Source of the DNA: Gammaproteobacteria bacterium
GTDB taxonomy: Bacteria > Pseudomonadota > Gammaproteobacteria > Steroidobacterales > Steroidobacteraceae
Length of the DNA: 64,000 nucleotides
NCBI GenBank assembly: GCA_027315105.1
Contig: DAHUYP010000024.1
Coordinates: 2,125-66,124, forward strand
Direction: 5' to 3'
The notes below the pieces were generated by a model. The model had not been told where the DNA came from. It was given only the letters and a program-made list of their open reading frames with translations, and did not search any database. Both the position numbers and the translations under genes were made by a program. Of this stretch, positions 37,499 to 52,736 are shown in pieces (position 1 is the first letter of the stretch; every line of letters starts with the position of its first letter).

Positions 37499-37852
37499 TC
37501 AGCGCGGCGCCAGCGCCGCCGCACTGCGGCTTGCGGTTTCGCGCGCCGGAAACGCCGCCGGCACCGGCGGCGCTACGGGCTGCGCCAGCAGCAGCGCGCT
37601 GATCATCCCGGGCGCGAGATCGCACCATTCCACGCCGATGCCGTCCGGCGCAATGCGCACGACGAACGCGGGCACCGTCTGCCCGTCGATCAGAATATCG
37701 ATGCGCGCCATGAACGGTTGCGCGGCGCTGGTGCGGATGAATGCGCCGCTGACGCTGGCGTTGGCAATCTGACCGGCGAACGCCTGTGCGGCCGCGGTGC
37801 GCAGCGCCACTGGGATCTCGATGCCCGTGCGCTCGCCCCATCGATGTTCCAT
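37499..37852 (-). CDS. stand-alone PilZ-domain protein
   Basis: Both c-di-GMP binding motifs are present: RWGER (RxxxR) and NASVSG (D/NxSxxG). GGAGAG before ATG 37852. 117 aa. Confidence 0.75.
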   Translation of the reverse strand: MEHRWGERTGIEIPVALRTAAAQAFAGQIANASVSGAFIRTSAAQPFMARIDILIDGQTVPAFVVRIAPDGIGVEWCDLAPGMISALLLAQPVAPPVPAAFPARETASRSAAALAPR

Positions 37853-37985
37853 GACCGGACTCTCCGCCGCGTGCGACGACCTGCGCATGCTTGCACGGCG
37901 CCGTCGCACGAGACATACCCAATAGTCGCTATCGAGCGTCAGTCGATGCCCCACAACAGCTGCGTGCGGCATCGGCATCGATCCG

Positions 37986-38807
37986 CTAGGCGCCGGGTGT
38001 TGCACTCCGGTGGCCTGCGACATCACGCCGCCATGGGTGCGCGGGCAGCGGCGAGGCGGGTGGGGCGATGTTGAGGCCGCGGCCGCGCCAATCCCACTGG
38101 TAGCCGCCCCACAGCGGCGGCACGACGTGCATGCCGTCGCCGAAGCCGACCAGCCCGCCGTGGAAATTGGTGTCAGGCGGGAAGCCGAAGAAGTACGGCG
38201 GAAACGCGGCCATGGCCCACGGTCCGTAGACCACCGCCGGGTCGTAGTGCGGCACGTAGACGATGGCCGGATTCGCCGGCTCGATGGTGATGTCATGGCC
38301 GTCGTCGGAGACGCTCTGTTGCGGCGTCGAGCTCAACGCGCCGGCGGCCACGGCGCGCCGGCGCAGGCGCTGCACGCAGTCCATGACATCCGCCTGCTGC
38401 ACCAGGAACGCATGGCCGATCCGCTCGGTCCACGGCAGATTGCGGCTCATCTGGCGCAGCACCGGCGGGAACGGCAGCAGCGATTTCACGCTCGGATCCC
38501 AGCTCTGCTGCTGCATCGCCGCGTACAGCCGATCGCCATCGAGCGCCGCGTTCGCCGGATCGTCGAGCCAGTGGGCCGCGGCGGCCAGCTGGCGCGGATG
38601 AGTGGCGGCCGCGAGCAGCTGCGCCAGCAGCGGATCGGGGTAGAGCGCGATGACTGCAGTGAGCTGATCGAGCTTCGGGGCGCTCAGCGGCGCCACCGGG
38701 GCCGCGGCCGCAGTCGGGGCCGCGGCCGGCGCATCGGTCGCGCCCGAGGCGCACGCCGCCAATGCTGCGACCCACGCCAGGGTCCAATCAATCAGGCGCC
38801 GTCTCAT
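37986..38807 (-). CDS. DUF3300-domain lipoprotein
   Basis: Lipobox ALAAC-AS. LDQLTAVIALYPDPLLAQLLAAATHPRQL..SWDPSVKSLLPFPPVL..WTERIGHAFL is typical of DUF3300. Confidence 0.75.
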   Translation of the reverse strand: MRRRLIDWTLAWVAALAACASGATDAPAAAPTAAAAPVAPLSAPKLDQLTAVIALYPDPLLAQLLAAATHPRQLAAAAHWLDDPANAALDGDRLYAAMQQQSWDPSVKSLLPFPPVLRQMSRNLPWTERIGHAFLVQQADVMDCVQRLRRRAVAAGALSSTPQQSVSDDGHDITIEPANPAIVYVPHYDPAVVYGPWAMAAFPPYFFGFPPDTNFHGGLVGFGDGMHVVPPLWGGYQWDWRGRGLNIAPPASPLPAHPWRRDVAGHRSATPGA

Positions 38808-38948
38808 CGATCGTTCGTCCTGCGGTGCCCACGCTGCAGCCACGCTCTCAGATTCCGGCCCGGAAGCGAATACGAGCAATTGCCTACCTCGGCGCCGGGC
38901 GGTGCCGCAGCGGAGCCAGCGCCGGCGCTCGGCGCGCCGGCGTGGCCT

Positions 38949-39719
38949 CTAGCGAACCAGATGCGGGTAGGTGCGCGCAGCGATCGCCAGCAGCGCCAGG
39001 AAGACCAGCGACAGCACGCCGCAGTCCCAGCCGATGCCATAGACGCTCTGGCCGCCCTGGATCATGAGGCCGCGCAGCGCATCGACGAAATAGGTCAGCG
39101 GGTTGAAGGTCGCGATCGATCGCAGCCAGGCGGGCATCAGCTGCAGCGGGTAGATGGCGTTGCTGGCGAAGAACAGGGGCATCGTCAGGACCTGACCGAC
39201 ACCCATGAAGCGCTCGCGCGTCTTGACGATGCAGGCGATGATGAGCGAAAACGTCGCGAACACCGCGGCGCCGAGGGTCACGACCAGGACCATGGCGGCC
39301 ATGGCCGCGGGCTCGAACCGGATTGGCACGCGCAGCGCCACCGCGATCACGTAGATGACGGCGGCCTGCACCAGACCGCGGAAATCCGCCGACAGGGCCT
39401 TGCCGACGATCAGCGAGCTGCGGCTCGCCGGGCTGACCAGCAGCTTGTGCACGATGCCCAGATCGCGTTCCCAGATGACCGCGATGCCGTAGAAGATCGC
39501 GCTGAACAGCACGCTCTGCGCCAGGATCCCGGGGGTCATGAACGCCAGGTAGCCGACCTTCCCGGTGTCGATGCCGCGCGCATGGCTGAGCACCTGGCCG
39601 AACACCACCAGCCAGAGTATCGGCTGGATCGCGCGTGAAACCAGCTCCGTCGGGTCGCGCACCAGCTTACGCAACTCCACGTCCGCGATCGCCAGGCACT
39701 CGCGCCAGAACTGCAGCAT
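38949..39719 (-). CDS. ABC-2 type exporter permease
   Basis: Six TM segments and an ABC-2 signature region. 256 aa. Confidence 0.85.
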   Translation of the reverse strand: MLQFWRECLAIADVELRKLVRDPTELVSRAIQPILWLVVFGQVLSHARGIDTGKVGYLAFMTPGILAQSVLFSAIFYGIAVIWERDLGIVHKLLVSPASRSSLIVGKALSADFRGLVQAAVIYVIAVALRVPIRFEPAAMAAMVLVVTLGAAVFATFSLIIACIVKTRERFMGVGQVLTMPLFFASNAIYPLQLMPAWLRSIATFNPLTYFVDALRGLMIQGGQSVYGIGWDCGVLSLVFLALLAIAARTYPHLVR

Positions 39720-39728
39720 CGCGGCACG

Positions 39729-40562
39729 CTACCCGAGCCGCCGCGCCACGCGCCGCGTATCGGCGGTGTCGCGCCAGCGGCCGCTGTCGCTGGCCGAGCT
39801 GAAATGCGCGAATACCTCATCCATGGTCGCCTGCGGCGAGACCACGGACTTCAGCGCCTGCGGGCGGCCGCGCGCCGCGATCCGGCCCGCATGCAGGATC
39901 GCGATGTCACCGCACAGATGCTCGGCCTCCTCCATGTCGTGAGTGGTGAGCAGGATGGTCATGCCGTAGTCGCGGTTCAGGTGCGCCAGCCGCTCCCACA
40001 CCGTGTGCCGCGCCAGCGGATCCAGACCGATCGTCGGCTCGTCCAGGAACAGCACCTTCGGCCGATGCAGCATCGCCTGCGCCAGCTCGAGGCGGCGGAT
40101 CATGCCGCCGGAGTAGGTCTTGACCAGGCGGCGGGCGGCCTGCTCGAGGCCCATGAACTGCAACGCGTCGGCGATGCGCGCGGCCTGTTCGGCGTGCGCC
40201 ACGGCGTACAGGCGCGCCGACAGCAGCAGGTTCTCGTAGCCGGTCAGCGCGCCGTCGGCCGACAGCAGTTGCGGTACGTAGCCGATGCGCCGCCGCACCG
40301 CCGCGCTGGCGAGCCGGATGTCGAATCCGGCCACACGCGCCGTGCCGGCGCTGGCGGGCAACAGCGTGGTCAGTATCTTGATGGTCGTGCTCTTGCCGGC
40401 GCCGTTGGCGCCGAGCAGGCCGAAGATCTCCCCGTATGCAACGTCGCAATCGATGTGATCCACGGCGAGCAGGTCGCCGAAGCTGCGCGTCAAGCCCGTG
40501 ATCGCGATGGCAGCTTCGGCGGTGGCGGCAGCGGCAGCGGCAGCGGGCTCGGATTGTGACAT
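39729..40562 (-). CDS. ABC transporter ATP-binding protein (ABC-2/DrrA type)
   Basis: Walker A GANGAGKST, signature YSGGMIRRLELAQA, Walker B LFLDEPT. Start at ATG 40562. Confidence 0.9.
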   Translation of the reverse strand: MSQSEPAAAAAAATAEAAIAITGLTRSFGDLLAVDHIDCDVAYGEIFGLLGANGAGKSTTIKILTTLLPASAGTARVAGFDIRLASAAVRRRIGYVPQLLSADGALTGYENLLLSARLYAVAHAEQAARIADALQFMGLEQAARRLVKTYSGGMIRRLELAQAMLHRPKVLFLDEPTIGLDPLARHTVWERLAHLNRDYGMTILLTTHDMEEAEHLCGDIAILHAGRIAARGRPQALKSVVSPQATMDEVFAHFSSASDSGRWRDTADTRRVARRLG

Positions 40563-40618
40563 GTGAACGGCGTGCTCCGTGACCGGCGGTGGGCCGTGCG
40601 CCATATCGCCGCGGCGGC

Positions 40619-42235
40619 TCAGACTTCCGCCGGCGATACCGGCTCCTTCTTCGGCTCCGGGATCTCGGTCATGGTAGCCTCGGTGAGCAGCAGGACGCCC
40701 GCGACCGACACGGCGTTCTCCAATGCGACCCGGATCACCTTGGTCGGATCGACGATGCCGGCCTCGAACAGATCCACGTATTGCTTGCGTGCGGCGTCGA
40801 AGCCGACGTTGCCGGCAGACTCGAGCATCCTGCTGACCACCACGCCCGCGTCGACCGCCGAGTTCTCGGCAATCTGGCGCGTCGGGACCTCGAGCGCGCG
40901 GCGCAGGATCTGCACACCGGTGCGCTCGTCGCCGTCGCATTGCTTCTCCAGGCGCTCGACGGCGGCGATGGTCTTGAGCAGCGCCAGGCCGCCGCCGGCG
41001 ACGATGCCCTCCGCCACGGCTGCCTTGGTCGCGCTGATGGCGTCGTCGAGCGCCTCCTTCCTGGTCTTCATCTCCGCCTCGGCGGGCGCGCCGACGCGGA
41101 TCACGGCGACGCCGCCGGAGAGCTTGCCGAGGCGCTCCTGCAGCTTCTCCCGATCGTAGTCGCTGCCGGCCTTGTCGATCTCGCGGCGGATCTGGCCGAT
41201 GCGCGCCTCGATGGCGCTGCGCTCGCCCAGGCCGCCGACGATGGTCGTGGTATCGCTGTCCACCACCACGCGCTTGGCGCGCCCGAGCTGCTCGAGCCGC
41301 ACGCTCTCGAGCTTCACGCCCAATTCCTCCGAGATCATCTCGCCGCCGGTCAGCACCGCGATGTCCTGCAGCATCGCCTTGCGCCGATCGCCGAATCCCG
41401 GCGCCTTGACCGCAACGCTCTTGAGGATGCCGCGCACCTGGTTGACGATCAGGGTGGCCAGCGCCTCGCTCTCGACGTCGTCGGCGATCAGCAGTATCGG
41501 GCGGCCGCTCTTGGCGGCCTGCTCCAGCAGCGGTATCAGGTCCTTGAGGATGTTGATCTTGCGATCCGTCAGCAGCACGTACGGATCCTCGAGCACGGCC
41601 TCCATCTTCTGCGGGTCGGTGATGAAGTAGGGCGACAGGTAACCGCGATCGAATTGCAGGCCCTCCACCACCTCCAGCACGGTCTCGGTGGTCTTGGATT
41701 CCTCGACCGTGATCACCCCCTCGCCGCCGACCTTGTCCATCGCCTGCGCGACCAGCTCGCCGATGCCGGGGTCGTTGTGGGCGGCGATGGTCGCGACCTG
41801 CGCCTTCTCGTTGCGGGTCTTCACCGGGCGCGACATCGCCTTGAGCTCATCGATCACCACCTTGAGCGCGCGGTCCAGCCCGCGCTTGAGGTCGATGGCG
41901 CTGGCACCGGCGGTCACGTTGCGGATGCCGTCGGCATAGATGGCGTGCGCCAGTATGGTCGCAGTGCTGGTGCCGTCGCCGACCACATCGCCGGTCTTCT
42001 CGGCCGCCTGACGCAGCATCTGCGCGCCGAGATCCTCGGCCGGATCCGCAAGGCTGATCTCCTTGGCGATGGTGACGCCGTCATTGCAGACGATCGGCGC
42101 CCCCCATTGCCTCTGGATGAGTACCGACTTCGACTTGGGACCGAGCGTGATCCGCACCGCGTCCGCCAGCTGGGTGGCGCCGCGCAGGATCTTCTCGCGC
42201 GCAGCCGAGCGGAAGGTCATCGCTTTGTGGGCCAC
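40619..42235 (-). CDS. groL: GroEL-family chaperonin paralogue (no adjacent GroES)
   Basis: ..[48 protein letters not shown].. throughout. GTG 42235 with GGAGGA 7 nt upstream aligns MAHKAMTF with the canonical MAAKDVKF. The C-terminus ..[14 protein letters not shown] lacks the GGM tail. Confidence 0.9.
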   Translation of the reverse strand: MAHKAMTFRSAAREKILRGATQLADAVRITLGPKSKSVLIQRQWGAPIVCNDGVTIAKEISLADPAEDLGAQMLRQAAEKTGDVVGDGTSTATILAHAIYADGIRNVTAGASAIDLKRGLDRALKVVIDELKAMSRPVKTRNEKAQVATIAAHNDPGIGELVAQAMDKVGGEGVITVEESKTTETVLEVVEGLQFDRGYLSPYFITDPQKMEAVLEDPYVLLTDRKINILKDLIPLLEQAAKSGRPILLIADDVESEALATLIVNQVRGILKSVAVKAPGFGDRRKAMLQDIAVLTGGEMISEELGVKLESVRLEQLGRAKRVVVDSDTTTIVGGLGERSAIEARIGQIRREIDKAGSDYDREKLQERLGKLSGGVAVIRVGAPAEAEMKTRKEALDDAISATKAAVAEGIVAGGGLALLKTIAAVERLEKQCDGDERTGVQILRRALEVPTRQIAENSAVDAGVVVSRMLESAGNVGFDAARKQYVDLFEAGIVDPTKVIRVALENAVSVAGVLLLTEATMTEIPEPKKEPVSPAEV

Positions 42236-42260
42236 CGGGCGATCCTCCGCCGGCCGCTCG

Positions 42261-42914
42261 CTACGGTCGCACGGTCAGCTTGTCGATCACCTGCGATACG
42301 CCGGGAGCCTGCCAGGCGGCGATCTCGGCCTGCTGGCGCTCCTGCCAGGAATGCACCTCGCCCTCGAGCGTGACGGTGCCGTCAGCCGTCTGGACGCTGA
42401 TCTTCTTCGCATCGAGCTGCGCCCGGCGGCGGAATGCATCCTCGATCTTCGCCTGCACGTCGGTCGCCGCCGGCTGGCAGCGGATCGTGATGTTGTTGGT
42501 GATGCCCTTGAGCCCGCGCAGGCTGCCCAGCGCGGTCTCGGCGGCGTTCTTCTGAAACCACATCTCCGCCTGGCCCGAGAGCGTGACCCAGCCGTCGCGC
42601 ACCACCAGCCTGATCTGCGCGGCCGGCACCGAGACGTTGGTCTTCAGCGCCTCCAGGGCCGCCTCGCCGATCTCGGCATCGCTGAGCTTGTTGTCCAACG
42701 GCAGCTCGACCACGATGTCGTTGGCCACCGCCTGCACGCCGGCGACCGACTGTGCGGCCTGCTCGGCGGCCCGGCGCTCGGCGAACGAGCTCACGTGGCC
42801 GCTCAGGGCGACGACGCCGTTCTTGACCGCGACGCCGATCTGCCGCGAATCGAAGCGCGGGTCCCAGTCGAGCTCGGCTTCCACATCGTGCCGGAGCTGC
42901 ATGTCGTTGCTCAT
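42261..42914 (-). CDS. BON-domain protein (three BON repeats, OsmY-like, no signal peptide seen)
   Basis: [70 protein letters not shown] before ATG 42914. Confidence 0.85.
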   Translation of the reverse strand: MSNDMQLRHDVEAELDWDPRFDSRQIGVAVKNGVVALSGHVSSFAERRAAEQAAQSVAGVQAVANDIVVELPLDNKLSDAEIGEAALEALKTNVSVPAAQIRLVVRDGWVTLSGQAEMWFQKNAAETALGSLRGLKGITNNITIRCQPAATDVQAKIEDAFRRRAQLDAKKISVQTADGTVTLEGEVHSWQERQQAEIAAWQAPGVSQVIDKLTVRP

Positions 42915-43092
42915 CGTTGCGATCTCCTGCTGGCGCCGCCGGCCAACCCGCCTGCGGTCTGCGCCACTTTTAAGACCTGGAGCGACGCGGGGGAATACGC
43001 GGAAGCCGAAATGCCATGCGCGCTTGCGCGGATGGTCAGCGCTGCGCTCGCCGGCTAGCCTGCTGCAGATAGGCGGATCGAAGAGGTGGGCC

Positions 43093-45549
<2,457 letters not shown>

Positions 45550-45570
45550 GGCGGCGCGGCGCGCGCGGCG

Positions 45571-47229
45571 TCAGTCGCCGGTCAGCGGCGCGGCGCCGGC
45601 CACGAGCAGCCGCCGCCGCAGGCTGCGGATGCCGGCGGCCACGGCCGCGGGCGAGCCGGTATCGATCTCCACCGTGCGCGCGCGCTCGAGCTCGCCGAGC
45701 GGCTCGAGGGCATCGAGCTGGCTCTGCAGCACGGCCGCCGTGGCCTCGGACGGATCGTCGGCGCGCTGCGCGCGCAGCGCGAGCCGGCGCTCGAGCGTCG
45801 CACGCGCCGCGTGGCAGGAGACGATGAAGCACGCGCAATGCCGGCCGCGCGCCAGCGCCTCGAATTGCTGCCGCCGCGCGCGCTGCAGGAAAGTGGCGTC
45901 GATGATGGCGTGCTGACCGCCCTGCAGCGCGCTGGCGGCGCAGTCGAGCAGCCGCGCGTAGGTGCGCTGCGTGGTCGCGGCGTCGTACGCGCCCTCGCCG
46001 ACGCGCGGCTCGGGCGCCCGCGGCGCTGCGGCGGGCTGCAGCCGCCGGCGCTCGAGGTCCGAGCGCACGCGTATCGCCGGCAGCGCCGCTATCAGCTGCT
46101 CGCTCAGCCAGGATTTCCCCGAGGCCGAGACGCCGTGCATCAGGATCAGCGCCGGCCGCCGGCGGACGCTGAGCCGCACCGCAGTCTGCAGGCGCGCCAG
46201 CAGATGCGAATGCAGCTCCTGCGCCATCGCCGGCGGTGCGGGCGGGATGCCCAGGGCATCGACTTTGGCGCGCACCAGGGCGCGGTACACGCTATAGAGC
46301 GAGAGCAGGCGCAGACCCTCATAGTCGCCGCCTTCCTCGAGATAGGCGCTCAGGAAGCCATGGGCGAGATCGTCGGCGCCGCGCGAGCGCAAGTCCATGT
46401 AGAGGAACGCGACGTCACTGATCACGTCGATCCAGCGCAGGCGCGGCTCGAACTCGATGCAGTCGAAGGGCTGCCATTGCCCGTGCCAGCGCACGATGTT
46501 GCCGCTGTGCAGGTCGCCATGGCATTCGCGCACCCGTCCCGAGCGGCGCCGCTGCTCGAGCAACGGCTGCAGTTGCTGCAGGGCGCCCTGCAGCCACGCC
46601 GCCAGCGCCGCCAGGCGGCGCAGGTCCTCGGCCTCACCGAGGCAGCGGCGCACGGGCGCAAAGTTCTCCTGCAGCTGCGAGCGGATCAGATCCGGACTGC
46701 CCAGGGTCGGATCCGTGTCGGCGGCGGACGGGGCGCTGCGGTGCAGCCCGGCGAGGCGGCGGCCGAAGTCGGCCAGTTCGGCCACGCCGACCCGCCCCTG
46801 CGCCAGCTGGCTGGCCAGTTCGCTGTCGGGGTCGAACTGGCGCATGCGCACGGCGAATTCGACCGGCGCGCCCGGTGCCCCGAAGCGCAGTTGCCCGTGC
46901 TCGCGGGCGATCGGCACGACGTCGAGATAGATCTCCGGCGCGAATCGCCGGTTCAACCGCAGCTCCTCGTCGCACAGGAAGCGACGGCGCTCGAGGGTCG
47001 AGGCATCGAGAAAGTCGTAGCGCACCGATTTCTTGATCTTGTAGGCGTACAGACCGGTCAGCAGTACCCACGAGATCGGCGTCTCGCGCAGGCGAAGCTG
47101 CGAGATCGGGTGGGGAAAGGCCGACGGGTCGAGCAGCGCCGAGATGTCCAGCTCGTCGGCCGCCGGGCCGGCTGCGGATCCGCGGCCATCGTTCGGCGGC
47201 GCTTGACCGGTGTTCGGCGGTGCCTGCAT
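45571..47229 (-). CDS. bifunctional phosphotransferase-fold kinase / P-loop ATPase protein
   Basis: APH/choline-kinase-like catalytic loop ECHGDLHSGNIV..IDVISDVAF, then C-terminal P-loop MHGVSASGKSW. Confidence 0.8.
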   Translation of the reverse strand: MQAPPNTGQAPPNDGRGSAAGPAADELDISALLDPSAFPHPISQLRLRETPISWVLLTGLYAYKIKKSVRYDFLDASTLERRRFLCDEELRLNRRFAPEIYLDVVPIAREHGQLRFGAPGAPVEFAVRMRQFDPDSELASQLAQGRVGVAELADFGRRLAGLHRSAPSAADTDPTLGSPDLIRSQLQENFAPVRRCLGEAEDLRRLAALAAWLQGALQQLQPLLEQRRRSGRVRECHGDLHSGNIVRWHGQWQPFDCIEFEPRLRWIDVISDVAFLYMDLRSRGADDLAHGFLSAYLEEGGDYEGLRLLSLYSVYRALVRAKVDALGIPPAPPAMAQELHSHLLARLQTAVRLSVRRRPALILMHGVSASGKSWLSEQLIAALPAIRVRSDLERRRLQPAAAPRAPEPRVGEGAYDAATTQRTYARLLDCAASALQGGQHAIIDATFLQRARRQQFEALARGRHCACFIVSCHAARATLERRLALRAQRADDPSEATAAVLQSQLDALEPLGELERARTVEIDTGSPAAVAAGIRSLRRRLLVAGAAPLTGD

Positions 47230-47314
47230 GGTGTGGATGGTAGTGACTGGCCCGGTCACGGACGAGTGCTTGGCCGCGCGCCGGCCATCCGCAGCCACCC
47301 GGGGCCAGCGTCTC

Positions 47315-47328
47315 ATGGCCGCGGCCAT
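47315..47328. repeat. perfect 14-bp palindrome in a divergent intergenic region
   Basis: ATGGCCGCGGCCAT. A second palindrome, GCGCCA-A-TGGCGC at 47384-47396, lies 19 nt before the MBL start. Confidence 0.7.
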
Positions 47329-47414
47329 ACCGGCATACGAAGGAACCCGTATGGCGCCCGGGTGCGTGCGGCAGGCATGGTGAGCGCCAATGGCGCGCAC
47401 CGCACGTGCGCTCG

Positions 47415-48812
47415 ATGACGGGGTTGAGCGTGAAACTGACCTTTCTCGGCGCCGCCGGTACGGTAACCGGCTCGAAATACCTGCTCGAGACCGGCGGGCA
47501 CCGGCTGCTGCTGGACTGCGGGCTGTTCCAGGGATTGAAGCGCCTGCGCGAGCGCAACTGGCAGCCGCTGGCGTTCGATGCCCGCGGCATCGATGCCGTC
47601 GTGCTCACCCATGCGCACATCGATCATTCGGGCTTCCTGCCGGTGGTGGTGCGCGCGGGCTTCAGCGGCCCGGTGTATTGCAGCGCAGCGACCGTGCCGC
47701 TGTTGCGCCTCATGCTGCTCGACAGCGCGCACTTGCAGGAGGAGGCCGCCGAGTTCGCCAATCGGCACCGTTTCTCGAAGCACTCGCCCGCGTTGCCGCT
47801 CTACACGCGCGCCGACGCCGAAGCCGCGTTGCGCCTGCTGCAGCCTCTGGAATGGGCACGAGCCCGTGCCGTGCTGCCCGGTGTCACGGCCAGCCTGTCG
47901 CCGGCCGGTCATCTGCTGGGGGCGGCCTCGGTGCTGGTGCAGACCGCGGCCGGCCGGATACTGTTCTCGGGCGACCTCGGCCGGCCCGACGATCTGCTGA
48001 TGCCCGCGCCGGCGGCCGCGCCCGAGGCCGATTGGATCGTGATCGAGTCGACCTACGGCGACCGCCGGCATCCTCACACCGATCCGTATGCCGAGCTCGC
48101 CGCGGTGATCGATCGCACCGTGCGTCGCGGCGGGGTGGTGGTGATTCCGTCGTTCGCCGTGGGCCGCGCGCAGACGCTGCTGCACCTGATCGGCGGGCTC
48201 AAGGCGCGCGCGGCCATCGCCGACGTGCCGGTCTACCTCAACAGCCCCATGGCGAGCGAGGCGAGCGTGCTCTACCAGCGGTTCCCGCGCGAGCATCGGC
48301 TGTCCGCCGAGCAATGCCGCGACCTGAGCCGCGCGGCGCATTTCGTATCCAGCATCGAGGAATCCAAGCAGCTCAACCTGCGGCGCGAGCCGATGATCAT
48401 CATCAGCGCCAGCGGCATGGCGACCGGCGGCCGGGTGCTGCATCACCTGCAGGCGTTTGCGCCGGACGAGCGCAATACCATCATCTTCACCGGCTTCCAG
48501 GCCGCGGGCACGCGCGGTGCGTCGATGGTCGCCGGCGCCGAGACGGTGAAGCTGCACGGCGAGTGGGTGCCGGTGCGCGCCGAGGTGGTGCAGCTGCACA
48601 ATCTCTCGAGCCACGCGGATCGCGACCAGTTGCTGGCGTGGATCAAGAGCGCGCCGCGTGCGCCGGAGCGCGTGTTCGTGACCCACGGCGAGCCGCCCGC
48701 CGCCGAGGCCCTGCGTGCCGAGATCCGGCGCGCGTACTGCCCGAACGTGACGGTGCCCGAATACGGTGAAACGCAGGAGCGCGCGAGCCCGGCCGCGGCG
48801 CGGCTGCCATGA
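47415..48812 (+). CDS. MBL-fold beta-CASP RNA-metabolising hydrolase
   Basis: LTFLGAAGTVTGS.., HxHxDH motif THAHIDHSG, beta-CASP region, C-terminal ..LSSHADRDQLL..VTHGEP. Confidence 0.85.
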   Translation: MTGLSVKLTFLGAAGTVTGSKYLLETGGHRLLLDCGLFQGLKRLRERNWQPLAFDARGIDAVVLTHAHIDHSGFLPVVVRAGFSGPVYCSAATVPLLRLMLLDSAHLQEEAAEFANRHRFSKHSPALPLYTRADAEAALRLLQPLEWARARAVLPGVTASLSPAGHLLGAASVLVQTAAGRILFSGDLGRPDDLLMPAPAAAPEADWIVIESTYGDRRHPHTDPYAELAAVIDRTVRRGGVVVIPSFAVGRAQTLLHLIGGLKARAAIADVPVYLNSPMASEASVLYQRFPREHRLSAEQCRDLSRAAHFVSSIEESKQLNLRREPMIIISASGMATGGRVLHHLQAFAPDERNTIIFTGFQAAGTRGASMVAGAETVKLHGEWVPVRAEVVQLHNLSSHADRDQLLAWIKSAPRAPERVFVTHGEPPAAEALRAEIRRAYCPNVTVPEYGETQERASPAAARLP

Positions 48813-48934
48813 GCGCGGCGCCGCCGGCCCCAGGCGCGCGCCGCGGGGTTGAAAAGCAGCCCGCCGGCCACGACTGTACGTGGAAGCGGGTACGCGGGGC
48901 CGGAAGGTAGCGCACCCATGCGGAGGCGAGCCCG

Positions 48935-49341
48935 ATGAGCGCGGAAAGCAGTGGAATATGGATGTGGTCGCGCGCCTGCCAGATGCTGGACGAGGCGGAG
49001 CGGCGGCATCGGCGGCTGTTCGAGCTGCTCACGGTGCCGAGACGCCAGCCGGTCTGGGAACCGCCGGCCGACGTATTCGTGCTGCAGCACGGTCTGCACA
49101 TCGTGGTCGCGATGCCCGGGGTGCGCCCCGAGAACACGGTGGTGGAACTGTCTTCCGGCGGCCTCTCGATACGCGCCCAGAGCACGCTGCCGATCGCGAT
49201 CCGCAGCGCCCGCATCATGCGCCTGGAGATTCCCTACGGCCGCATCGAGCGGCGCATCGACCTGCCGCCGGGGCGCTACGAGTTGCTCGGTTACGAATTC
49301 ACCGACGGCTGCCTGCACGTGCGCCTGAGCGGGGAGTGGTC

Positions 49342-49345
<4 letters not shown>
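48935..49345 (+). CDS. Hsp20/alpha-crystallin family small heat-shock protein
   Basis: GGAGG before ATG 48935. Alpha-crystallin core WEPPADVFVLQHGLHIVVAMPGV..VVEL..L.I.A..RLEIPYGRIERRIDLP. Confidence 0.8.
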
Positions 49346-51722
<2,377 letters not shown>

Positions 51723-51726
<4 letters not shown>

Positions 51727-52706
51727 GAATAGGCCATCGTCGACACGAAGTAGACGCCGCGGCGCGAGCGCGGGACGCGCGCTACGAAGTGCTCCGGCTT
51801 GACGACCAGCAGGTCGCAGCGCAGCTCGTCGAGCAGTTGTTGCGCCGAATTGCCGATGAAGAGGCGCTTGAGGCCGCGGCGTGACACCGCCCCCATGACG
51901 ACGATCGCGGCTCGCAGCTCGCGCGCGGTGCGGGTGATGGCGAGCACCGGATGCGCCTCGATCAGGTGGCGCCGGGCCGCCGGGATCGGGGAGTGGCGCA
52001 ACTCGCGGTCCAGTGCGGCGCGCGCGCTGGCGCGCGCCTGCGCTTCGATGATCTGGCTCACGCGTCCTGCCGACAGGTCGGTGCCCACGGGTGCGAGCGG
52101 CTTCGGCAGATAGGCGTGCACCACGTGCGGCGCGCTGCGCAGGGCGCCGCCGAGCGCGATCGCCTGCCGCAGGATGCTGGCGTCCAGCCCGCTCGGCTTG
52201 GAGTAACGATGCAGCGGATCGATCGCCGCCAGGATCCTGGGCCGGCGGTAGGGCCGGCTCGATTTGACCAGCAGCACGGGGATCGGGCTGTCGCGCAGCA
52301 GGCTCCAGTCGGTATAGCCCAGCAGCCCAGGGAAGCGATGGCGCGCGCGGCACGGCGTGACGATCAGGTCGGCGCCGGCGCGCGCGGCGCGCCGGATGAT
52401 CGATTCGTGCGCCGGGTAATCCCACTCGGCCGACGTGTGCGCCCTCAGCCCGGCGGCGCGCAGCGGCGCCGCGAGCCGCTCCAGGCCGAGCAACGCCGTG
52501 CGCCGCCCCTCGCGCATGAGCGAATTCAGGCCGGCGCGCATGTCGATCACGTCGATGAATACCGGATTCGAGATGTCGTGAAACAGCTCCAGCTCGGCGC
52601 CGCAGGCGCGCGCCAGCTGGGCCGCCTTGGCCAGCGAGGGCACGGTGCGCGCGCGCGGGTTCTTGATCGCGACCAGGATCTTGCGAAAGCTACGGACTGG
52701 GCGCAT
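51723..52706 (-). CDS. tandem universal stress protein (UspE-like, second copy)
   Basis: FRKILVAIKNP.., PVLLVKSS.., ILAAIDP.., AIVVMGAVSRRGLKRLFIGNSAQ..DLLVVKP. Paralogue of 27282..28277. Confidence 0.85.
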
Positions 52707-52736
52707 GCACCAATCTCCTCCAGGCCGGCCGCCGCG

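Noticed and set aside
42236-42260. A hidden groES between the BON gene and groL.
   Set aside because: The gap is 25 nt and contains only the SD sequence. No ORF of about 95 codons exists on this strand nearby.
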